From NCBI RefSeq assembly GCF_006345805.1, contig NC_043000.1:62372001-62436000 (forward strand): DNA of 64,000 nt, given 5' to 3'. Source of the DNA: Octopus sinensis. Lineage: Eukaryota. Position 1 is the stretch's first letter; each line of letters opens with the position of its first letter. The notes beneath the pieces were generated by a model. It made no database searches. It was not told the DNA's origin and was given only the letters and a program-made list of their open reading frames with translations. This document shows, piece by piece, positions 52,723-64,000 of the stretch. The position numbers were made by a program, and so were the translations under genes.

Positions 52723-52752
52723 GTGTGTGTAATGTATATATATATATATATG

Positions 52753-52792
<40 letters not shown>

Positions 52793-52940
52793 CGTATGTA
52801 TATATATATATATTATATATATATATATATATATGTATACGTATGTATATACATATATACATATATATATACATATATATACATACATACATACATACAT
52901 ACATACATACATACATACATACATACATACATACATACTC

Positions 52941-53416
52941 GTACACATCTTCCAAGTACCGTTCGCAAAACTCCCCTCTTCCCGCTGATCTTCATTGAAA
53001 CGATGGACTATTCTTGGAATGTAACTATTCCAATGTCAGTGCTTCTTATTGCGATGGACGCTTGTTTTCTAAATTCTATGTTACACTTCGCTTGTTTTTC
53101 TTCTACTCCTTCTTACTTTGTGGGCCACGTCGATATCTACAGTGTTTGTGGGCAAGTTTATCTACTCCAAAGTTCTAGCTAAATCGAGTGATGGTAAGTC
53201 GCATATACGCTTCTGTGTGAAACTCCTTCCTAAGCTGCCTTTGCACATCGACTGCGTTTCCAAATTTCTAATGGTACTTTTGGTGACGTTCCTTCATTGG
53301 AAATTTATTCTGACTCTCTTCATTATAGCTCACATATTAGCTCTAAAAAGAAACGAAAATTAAGTGAACTATCAGTAATTGCACTATTTGGGTGTACATT
53401 TTGGAGTCATCCTGTA
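52941..53416 (-). mobile_element. 5' fragment of a mariner-like (maT/rosa-type) transposon, copy 1
   Basis: Minus strand: TIR-like tacaggatgactccaaaa, then KFGNAVDVQRQLRKEFHTE..RLTITRF and [25 protein letters not shown] (HTH region). Confidence 0.7.
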
Positions 53417-53463
53417 TATGCATGTATGTATGTATGTATGTATGTATGTAATGTATGTATGTG

Positions 53464-53555
<92 letters not shown>

Positions 53556-53743
53556 CTTACTTGGAAGAGGACGCGTGGCGTTCAATCATATAATAGCATT
53601 TAATAGATAAAACATATGCATGTATACATACATATATGTACATACCTACATCTATATGTATATATATATGCATATATGGGTACAGGACACCACAAAAAAC
53701 GTAGAGAACAACGAGATGCATGTTATATATACATATATATACA

Positions 53744-53779
<36 letters not shown>

Positions 53780-53799
53780 TACATACATATATATACATT

Positions 53800-53834
<35 letters not shown>

Positions 53835-53847
53835 TATATATACGTAT

Positions 53848-53888
<41 letters not shown>

Positions 53889-54002
53889 ACGTATGTATAT
53901 ACATATATATACATATATATATACATATATATACATACATACATACATACATACATACATACATACATACATACATACATACATACATACATACATACAT
54001 AC

Positions 54003-54477
54003 GTACACATCTTCCAAGTACCGTTCGCAAAACTCCCCTCTTCCCGGCTGATCTTCATTGAAACGATGGACTATTCTTGGAATGTAACTATTCCAATGTC
54101 AGTGCTTCTTATTGCGATGGACGCTTGTTTTCTAAATTCTATGTTACACTTCGCTTGTTTCTTCTACTCCTTCTTACTTTGTGGGCCACGTCGATATCTA
54201 CAGTGTTTGTGGGCAAGTTTATCTACTCCAAAGTTCTAGCTAAATCGAGTGATGGTAAGTCGCATATACGCTTCTGTGTGAAACTCCTTCCTAAGCTGCC
54301 TTTGCACATCGACTGCGTTTCCAAATTTCTAATGGTACTTTTGGTGACGTTCCTTCATTGGAAATTTATTCTGACTCTCTTCATTATAGCTCACATATTA
54401 GCTCTAAAAACGAAACGAAAATAAGTGAACTATCAGTAATTGCACTATTTGGGTGTACATTTTGGAGTCATCCTGTA
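54003..54477 (-). mobile_element. 5' fragment of a mariner-like transposon, copy 2
   Basis: Duplicate of 52941-53416. Confidence 0.7.
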
Positions 54478-54523
54478 TATATGTATGTATGTTATGTATG
54501 TATGTATGTATGAGTTGGATGTA

Positions 54524-54566
<43 letters not shown>

Positions 54567-54832
54567 ATATTGTATATATATATATCTATATATATATATA
54601 ATATAATATATATATATATATATCTACTATATATATATAAAACTTACTTGGAAGAGGACGCGTGGCGTTCAATCATATAATAGCAATTTAATAGATAAAA
54701 CATATGCATGTATACATACATATATGTACATACCTACATCTATATGTATATATATATGCATATATGGGTACAGGACACCACAAAAAACGTAGAGAACAAC
54801 GAGATGCATGTATATATATACATATATATACA

Positions 54833-54868
<36 letters not shown>

Positions 54869-54886
54869 TACATACATATATATACA

Positions 54887-54929
<43 letters not shown>

Positions 54930-55003
54930 CATACATATTAGGGTGATGTACTTGCATTGCAAGTGACTTGATCTGAGATCGTGTGCTGAAACAGGAACTT
55001 CCT

Positions 55004-55190
55004 CGTGGAAGGGGTTTATAAGCCATTAAAAACACTCAAAACCCGTTGCATCAGATGCAGCACGGAATTTTGTCATTAAAGAGGTTGCGGTTTCAAAGTG
55101 AGAAAATATTTTGACAAATTAAATTTTAATGTTGAAGTGAATCCAACGGTTTTTGTGTGTTTTTCAATGACTTGTAAACACTTTCCATCG
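55004..55190. repeat. Inverted-repeat element enclosing a hammerhead-like relic
   Basis: 45-bp imperfect IR at 55004-55048 and 55144-55190. The interior reads ttgtca TTAAAGA ggttgc..gtga GAAA ATATT t tgacaa. Confidence 0.6.
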
Positions 55191-55401
55191 CTGCCTGACA
55201 CCTTTGGGTCTTATTGACACCATTACCTCTCATAACCTCTATATATATATATATGATGGGGCAATTTTGCTTCTGCTGGTCATTCCTTGAAAAGTATTGA
55301 AAGACTGTGTGTAAGGCGCTATTCACTCATTTCTTCTCGATTAGCATGTAGTCCAGTTATGTATGCAAGTTATTGGTATAGGTATGTTATTAGTATGATA
55401 A

Positions 55402-55632
55402 GGCGGCGAGCTGGCAGAAACGTTAGCACGCCGGGCGAAATACTTAGCGGTATTTCGTCTGCGTTACGTTGTGTGTTCAAATTCCGCCGAAGTCGACTTT
55501 GCCTTTCATCCTTTCGGGGTCGATAAATTAACTACCAGTTACGCACTGGGGTCGATGTAATCGACTTAATACCTATGTCTGTCCTTGTTTGTCCCCTCTG
55601 TGTTTATTCCCTTGTGGGTAATAAAGAAATAG
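55402..55632 (+). mobile_element. SINE family A, full-length, young
   Basis: Close to the other family A copies, with CpGs largely intact. Confidence 0.9.
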
Positions 55633-55959
55633 GTATAGGTGAATATATATGGCTTGGGTAGGGATTCTTTTTTCAATTTGGCGTCTAGACTTTCAAGAAT
55701 AGATTCAGTTACATATTGGCCTTCTCTGTTCGTGGCTGTGTGGAATGCGTAAGTATGGTCTTCGGATCTTTCGAGATGAGAATTTGTACCACCTCTGCTT
55801 TGGTATTTGTCATAGTGATAAGGAGAGAGTGTCTCATAAAAATTGGAAACCTCTTCGTTAATTTTGTGCTTGGTTCATCAAACGTTTGCCTTAGCAAAGC
55901 AAATTCAGCTTTAGGCCCGCGTATATCTAGTCAGGTTTAACTAATAACCAAGAAATCCG

Positions 55960-57846
55960 CAATCAATACACCATAACAGTTAGAAACATATCTGAATTAC
56001 TACAAAATGAAAGTGAAACAAACTTCTCCAACACAACATACAATAATTTTGTAACGTCCCACATAGAATTTGAAAAAGAGATCATACCCATAAAACCAAG
56101 TCCCCACTGGGATAACCAAGAGATAATAAACAAGGGTAAACTTCTGTAAGAAACGTTCAGTCTAAAATTATAAATCCAAGCCCCTCAAATGAAGTCGATT
56201 TCAAAAAGCTACAGAATAAATAGCAGGCCTATAACAATTTCAGCAACAACGCTACATCCAAATTAAAATCAATTAAACACGCTGTTGCGAACAAGCAGGT
56301 ATCCTTAGCTTGAGAGACAGTAAATGAAATAAGCGTAAGGATAAACTTCAAGTCGAAACTTAAGCTAAAAATCCAGAGGTGTGCTTAAAAAGGTGGAGGG
56401 ATCATTTTCAAAATGTACCCTCATAATACACCCTCAGTATCTGATACAAATGTAACATCAATTATTGACCACAACCATCGAAGAATTGATAGCCCTTAAC
56501 ACCACCAGATTGCTGAACTGGAAGCCTGGTAAACAAAAATTCAATGATATTCTGCTAGGCTTCTGCAATTCACCCCACAATGGAGATAACATTGACAATT
56601 GGACAGGAGGTTGCATACTCCCATTTCCAAAGAAAAGAGATTTAGGTCTCACAAAGAACTATAGAAGCATCATTCTTACAGACATTACTGCAAACATGTA
56701 TTATACCCTCCCCATTAACAGGATAAACTAGAAATTGAAAAAAGGGCTTTAGAACGAATTGATCAAATGTCGGACAGTTCCTTACAGCTTGTTGTTTATT
56801 TCAACGAGTAAAAGCTATAAAATCTTGAAACAATATTACTGTTCGTTGATTGCTCAAAGGCTTTTGACTTCATCTATCATGGTAACAGGAAAAAATACTA
56901 CTGGTATATGGTATCAAAGAGGAAACAGCAGCAATTATGATGTTCCATAATCTAACACCAAATCAATTGCAATGTCCTCCGACAGACATAGAAGTTTCTT
57001 TGATATAAAGCTGGAATACTCCAAGACAAACTGGCACTTTTTCTCTTTGTGATCATTCTAGATTATATCCTCAGAACATCACTTGATAATCCAAATAGCC
57101 TTGGTTTCACACTCGCAAGTAGAAGATCGATCGAAATATCCAAAAAGTAGCCGAAATAGATGATGCTGATAATTTGGCCTTGCTTTATGGCACAGTATCA
57201 AACTCCATCCAATAATTAGCTGTACATGATGTTAAACTACATGTTAATCCAAGTAAAACTAAGTTCATTGCTTACAATCAACAAGGATCCATCAGCAACA
57301 TCAGTGGACAACCGCATCAATCGAGTTGATGATTTCAGAGACGTCGGCTTTAAGATGGACTCAACTGAAAAGGATGTAAAAACTCGGACAGACAAAGCAT
57401 GGTCGGCCGTAAGCAAATAGGATATTGTCGGAAATCAACCCTATCAGACAACCTTGGGAGAATTTTTTTCCGTACAACAGTAGAGTCAGTTCCTTTATAT
57501 GGAGCAACAGCCTGCACACGTATTAAAAATCTAAACCCCAAACTAGATAGATTCTACACCCGAATGTTAAGAGCAGTCTCAAACATAACTTGATCCCCCC
57601 AAGAAACAGCTGCGTGGTGATCTGCCTGTTTCCACCATTATAAGGGAAGACGCTAAACGAGTGCATGCTATGGTTGTCAAATTATGACCGTACTCGAGTT
57701 GGTCGTCCGAATACAACGTATGTAGATCAACTCAACAGAAATACTGGATACCTCCCCGAAGACCTCCTTTAACTAATACAAGGCTGAGATGGATGGCGTG
57801 TGCGGTTTAAGACTGTCCGAGCAAGCTCGACCATATAATGATGATG
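55960..57846 (+). mobile_element. RTE/RTE-X LINE, decayed, 5'-truncated
   Basis: CILPFPKKRDLGLTKNYRSI, VDCSKAFD, KAGILQ..LALFLFVIILDY, DDADNLALL, STEKDVKTR..KAW, VESVPLYGA, YTRMLRAV; ends in a (TGA)n tail. Confidence 0.85.
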
Positions 57847-57942
57847 TTTATCCATATGTGTGTGTGTGTGTGTTCGTGAATGGATGGATGTATATGTGTG
57901 TGTAAATATACAAATATATGTATACATAGTAGGTGCGTATGA

Positions 57943-58830
57943 TGAACTCATCTTATCATACATCGGATAAAGGAACTCTCCTTCCAATATTTAATATCAC
58001 GCACCCGGAACTTTTAAATCACATGGAACTGCGTCAAACACCTATTTAAAAATACATGTAACCCGCACCATATGCGTTGAGCTTCACTTTCTTTCCTTTA
58101 CATTTGTGTGTGTATGCGTGTGTGTGCGTGTGCGTGTGTGGGGGATGTATACGCCTATAAATTTGCTTTGAAAGATTCTTGTGAAATCGTTCGTGTGTTG
58201 AAACAGAAATTGTTATATTTTGGGATGGTCATTATAATTTTCTTGTCAAATAAACAAAGGCACTACATATTAGTTCTTCTCTTGTTTATTCTTCTTCTTC
58301 TTCTATCCTATGTCCATTGCCTAGAGATTTTTCGTCACACATCTATGACAGTTCAGAAATTCTTCAATCTCACGTGTATCCTCCTGTTCTGTTTAATCTC
58401 TTAGAGAACAGTACCCATAGATTGGCAGCAGTGAGGTAATTAAAAGAAGACAAAATGAAAAGATAAATTTACATGTGCACACACAAGCGAAGGTTTATTT
58501 TAGTATATGTTTGTATCTGTCTGTGAATACATAATGTTTGTGTGTGTGTGTGTACGGGCGCGCGCGCGTGTACAAATTTATTTGAGGGGAGTGTGGCTAT
58601 TCTTTCTATTAATAACATTTTCATTCAGCTCCATGTGATTCAATGTTCCGTTCCGTGGGTGTGTATAATGAACCCATCACATCATACATCGGCTGAAGGA
58701 ACTCTCCTTCCAATATTTAATATCACGCTCCCGGAACTTCTAAGTCACATGGAACTGAGTCAAACTGCTATTTAAAACTATATGTAACCCGGGCCATATG
58801 CGTTGAGTTTCATTTTTTCTTTCCTTTACA
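57943..58830 (+). repeat. Pair of ~160-bp direct repeats (57943-58102 and 58669-58830)
   Basis: aaggaactctccttccaatatttaatatcacgc..catatgcgttgag..ctttcctttaca occurs in both. Confidence 0.9.
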
Positions 58831-58929
58831 CATGGAATATCATTCATTCACACGGCAGTGTGTGATAATATACTTAAGGTCAACTTTTACTCATACATTG
58901 TATGTATGTATATATATATATAATATATA

Positions 58930-58969
<40 letters not shown>

Positions 58970-59125
58970 GTATGTATGTATGTATGTATGTACGTATGTA
59001 TGTATGTGTAGAGTGTTTGCGGTAGTATAGATATACTGTATATCTGTACATTATCTTGAGAGTTCGATTGAACCAACGAAGTGTTAATAAAGAATTATCC
59101 TGCCACCATCATCTTAATACACACA

Positions 59126-59164
<39 letters not shown>

Positions 59165-59820
59165 ATATTTTTTTCTACTTTTATTATTTTACTTGTTTAA
59201 GTCGACTACGGCCATGCTGGAGCAACGCCTTTAGTCGAAAACATCGAGCCCACGACTTAGTCTTTGTAAGACTCGTACGCATTCTATCGGATCTCTTTTG
59301 GCCGAACCGCTACGTTGCAGGAACGTAAAAGCATCAACGTCGGTTGTCAAGCTTCGCTAGGGGACAACACAGGCACACACATATACGTATATACATATAC
59401 GACGTGCTTCTTTCAGTTTCCGTCTAACAAATTCTTTGGTCGACCCGAGGCTACTGGAGAAGACACTTGCCCAAGGCGCCACGCGGAGGGACTGAACAAA
59501 AATGTGTCCCTATGTTTTTCATTGTATGTTTGTATTCTTTTATTCTTATATTTGTTTCTAGTCCTTTGACTTTGACCATGCTGGAGCACCGCCTTTAGTC
59601 GGGTAAATCGACCCCAGGACTTATTCTTTGTAAGCCTAGTACTTTTGCCAAGCCGTTAGGTTACGGGGACGCAAACACACCAGCATCGGTTGTCAAGCGA
59701 TGTTAGGGGGACAAACACAAACACACAAATACATACACATACACACATACATACATACATATATATATGCATGTATGTATATATGATATATGATATATAT
59801 ATGATATATATATATATGTT

Positions 59821-59854
<34 letters not shown>

Positions 59855-60026
59855 TGTATATATATATATATCATATATATATATATATATCATATATCAT
59901 TTATATATATATATCATATATTATATATATATATATATATCATATATGTATATATATATATATATCATATATATGCATATATATATATATGCATATATAT
60001 GATATATACATATAGATATATGATAT

Positions 60027-60100
<74 letters not shown>

Positions 60101-60382
60101 ATATGTTCAATCCGACTGCGTGGTACCCTGGCTGACTAAAGCCTTGTGAGTTGGTAATGGAAACTGAAAGAAGCTTGTTGAATTATTATATATATATATA
60201 TATATCTATATATTTTTATATTTAATATATATATTGTTGCGTGTGTGTGTACGTGTGTGTGTGTGTGTATGTGTGTATGTGTTGGGTGTGTTTACGTCCT
60301 CGGAACTTAGAGGTGCCGATTTGTTCGACTAAAGGCGCAGTATGGGTGCAGTCAAAATGAGTGAAACAAGTAAAAGAATAAA
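59165..60382. mobile_element. Cluster of SINE family B copies: 59165-59500 (-), 59550-59745 (-), 60098-60382 (+)
   Basis: Shared motifs ggccatgctggagc, gcctttagtcg and aaactgaaagaagc; a long (TA)-rich tract separates the last two copies. Confidence 0.75.
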
Positions 60383-60469
60383 ATAATGTAGGATATATAT
60401 ATATATATCCTACATTCTTATATAAGTATATAGTATATAGTATATATAATACTGTAACAAGTAAGAGAT

Positions 60470-60728
<259 letters not shown>

Positions 60729-61129
60729 CCTTCCTACATGTAAACGAATACACGAAACTTCTTATATGCGTACATATATCCATGCCTACATGTATACATG
60801 CCTACATACATGCATTCATACATTTGTCTATACATACACACACGCAGACACATGGACAGCTATCCAATGCTTTCAAATCACGAACATTCACCAATATTTG
60901 TGTGGGCTGTCTTTGTTTCTTGTGTACTTCTCTATTATTACGTTTGTTTCGGAGAATATCCATACGCACGTGTACAGGTATTTTCCTGAAGTTTCCCAGT
61001 CCAATCTTTATATCGACCGCCCACTTAATATGTGTTTCGATAATTTGCCGAGATCTATGTATATTCTGTATATGAATATGTATAGTTTAGTAGTTTCGGT
61101 TTAAGAATATTTATTTGCGTGGGGATAGA

Positions 61130-61197
61130 GCTATATATATATGTGTGGTATGTATTTATGTATATATATGTGTGTGTATATATATATATACATATGT

Positions 61198-61251
<54 letters not shown>

Positions 61252-61407
61252 ATGTATGTATGTATATAAATATGAGTGTGTATATAATATATATATATTA
61301 TATATATATATATATGTCTATATATGTATATATATATGTGTGTGTATATATATATTTGTATATATATACATTATATATATATATGTGTGTGTATGTATTA
61401 TATATAG

Positions 61408-61456
<49 letters not shown>

Positions 61457-62044
61457 ATATATATATATATGCGTGGTGTGTGTGTGTGTATGTATATAGA
61501 AAGAGAGAGAGAGACATTATACTCACAAAGGGGTGGATAGAGAGAGATGGTAAGAGACAGACCAGCCAAATGTGAAGCTTAGAATTAAACATTTCTATTT
61601 CGGTGTGTGTGTGTGTGTACATGAGGTGTGCGTATTTGCGGTGTGTGTATACATGTGGTGTGTGTATTTGTGTTTGTGTACGTGCTGTGTATGTGTATTT
61701 TGGTTAGCATCATATGTACAGGTAATGTCTATGTGTGGGTGTAATCGTAAAGTTTTTTGTTTCTTTCCTATATTCAATATTGTGTGGTATTCATCACCGA
61801 TATCCCATGTGAATATATGCATGTGTGAATGCTTGTATGTTAGAATTCTTGACTCTGCATATCTATGTATGTAATAAGGCATTCTACAATTCTTGCGTGT
61901 ATACATACAAATATTTATCATTTTATTTTTTTAATCTATTTAAAAAATATACAAATGTGTGTGTATACATATACATAAACACGCACACAGACACACACAA
62001 ACATATATGTATACTATACATAATGTAACGCATGTATATATATA

Positions 62045-62088
<44 letters not shown>

Positions 62089-62223
62089 TTATATACATAT
62101 ATATGTATATATATATATACATTTATATACATATATATGTATATATATATATATATACATTTATATACACATATATGTATATATATATATACATATATAC
62201 ATATATATATATACATACATATT

Positions 62224-62269
<46 letters not shown>

Positions 62270-62598
62270 GCATATATGCATATATACATTGATACATATA
62301 TACATACATACATACATAACATCAACATATATATACATACATATATACATACATACAAGCATACATACATATATTACCTACGTACATACATACACTCATT
62401 CAGTTATTCATTCATATATGTATAAAGTATCATAAGTTTCAATAAAAGTAAAAACTTACTACAAAGTAAAGTGTTAAATTTATCTAAAATCCTACAGTTG
62501 TTTATGATATATATTGTTCCATTATTTCCCCCTCCGATATCTCTCTCTCTCTCTTTCTTCCTTTCTTTCTTTCTTGTTCTCTCTCCCTCTTTCTTTCC

Positions 62599-62666
<68 letters not shown>

Positions 62667-63060
62667 ATGTATGTATGTATGTATTATATAAGTATATATA
62701 TATATATATATTATTGTATACACGCACACACACACATATGTATTCCTATATATATATATACAGAGAGAGCGTGAGAGCGAGAGAGATACATATATGCATA
62801 TATGTATATATTTTAATATATATATATCAAATATATTTATACTTATATATTATATATATACATATATATACATATATATCATATATATATTACATATATA
62901 CATGTATATGTATATGTATATGTATATATACATATATATATTTACATTCATATATTATTATATAAAAAGAAAGAGGGGGCGAGTTGGAGAGAGATACGTA
63001 TAAAAATATAAATATATATATATATACATATATATATATACCTATTCACATAATACATAT
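61130..63060. repeat. Field of degenerate (TA)/(TG)/(CA)/(CT) microsatellites
   Basis: Directly visible; source of the many YIYI and CVCV ORFs. Confidence 0.95.
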
Positions 63061-63384
63061 AATATGTATGTATATGTAAACGAAGTACTACTTAAGCTGT
63101 TATGGTGTGTGCCTGTTAGTGTAGGTGTATGAAGAATTACCACGGAATGAGTTCTTCCCTTTTTTTCTAATGATGTGATAACTTTACTATTATTTACAAT
63201 CAACTTAGAAGAAAGAGTACGTAGGATCACGTTAAAATAAATGAAAATATAAAAAAAGAAATATGAAAAGAGAAAACAATTATATAAATATAATGCAAAA
63301 AATATGTGTATATCGGCAACTAACCCCTTCGTCATTGTACAATCATATTCAGCCCTTAATTTCTTATGATAAAAATAAACCTTG

Positions 63385-63462
63385 TGCGTAAGCGCATCTG
63401 ATTGATAGGCGGTCGTGACAAGCCCCGCCTCCTGCAGCCCTCACACATCTCTTAATATAAAT
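63385..63462 (+). promoter_or_regulatory. Putative Pol II promoter cluster
   Basis: NRF1-like palindrome TGCGtaagCGCA (63385-63396), GC box CCCCGCCTCC (63423-63432) and TATAAAT (63456-63462). A consensus donor GAG|GTAAGT follows at 63739/63740. Confidence 0.4.
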
Positions 63463-64000
63463 AATGCTTGTGACAAAATGAACGAAATATTGCTCTTCGT
63501 TTATAGATTGACAGAGAACTACAAGAAATGCAACAGGTTCTGGGCTGGTTAATCTAGCGTGTGGGCAGCAGTTAGCACTATTTATTGCAGAAAATCTTCC
63601 GAGACTTTTTGATTAGTGAAGAAACTCGCAAACACAAACGCGAAAAAAAAAAGATATACATACATATATATATATTTGATTTAAACATCTGATAGTAGCA
63701 TTTCTTCAAATACTGACTGCTTCGAAACAAATATCTGAGGTAAGTCTGAGAAATTTTCTGTTTGTCAATTTGTTTTGATATTGTTCCGAAATAGAGAAAA
63801 AACATAAACAGCATGAAAGCCGAAAAATACTGAAACAATGTGAATATAATTTTTTTATAATGGACTTACTTTTTTGGGGTTTTTTTTTCCGACGCGCTAA
63901 TTTTCTTATTTGAGCGTGAGTGTGTGTTTGTGTGTATGTGTGCGAGTGAGTTTGTGTGTGTGTGAGACTATACATATATACATGTATATATATACATATA

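Larger units (their letters stand above)
52750..54930. repeat. Tandem duplication, ~1.07-kb unit x2
   Basis: 52941-53416 matches 54003-54477, and 53555-53805 matches 54641-54890. The copies differ only by 1-bp indels and microsatellite lengths. Confidence 0.95.

Noticed and set aside
52948-53569. 11-bp inverted repeat tcttccaagta/tacttggaaga as MITE termini
   Set aside because: The left arm lies inside transposase-coding sequence (YLED), and the element's real TIR is at 53390-53416. It is probably coincidence.
57943-58830. TRIM/LTR retrotransposon interpretation of the direct repeats
   Set aside because: No primer-binding site after the first repeat, no polypurine tract before the second, and no clear TSD.

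Overview
Eukaryotic, AT-rich and microsatellite-rich DNA. The SINE set, (TA/CA/GATA/AAT)n load and LINE families point to an octopus or other coleoid cephalopod genome; this is an inference from repeat content. I cannot support any intact host protein-coding gene, and most ORFs in the track are microsatellite artefacts. The window is mainly decayed mobile elements: several Penelope-like element (PLE) fragments, two HERO-clade and one R4/Dong-clade RLE LINEs, RTE-BovB and RTE-X LINE pieces, a probable L1/Tx1-like family, full-length DD34D mariner and DD37D maT relics, a Chapaev-like transposase relic, a non-autonomous Helitron, and many tRNA-derived SINEs. The features most worth follow-up are: (i) minimal type-I hammerhead ribozyme motifs, including two inverted copies around an (AAT)n-embedded Dong element, each broken at a different core base; (ii) a 210-bp palindrome and a duplication-inversion next to another hammerhead-like motif at 35-37 kb; (iii) an inverted duplicate fused to the 5' end of the Dong copy; (iv) a possible promoter and first exon at the far end; (v) a ~1.07-kb tandem duplication that may be an assembly artefact. 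All sequence comparisons, translations outside the ORF track and RNA folds were done by eye.
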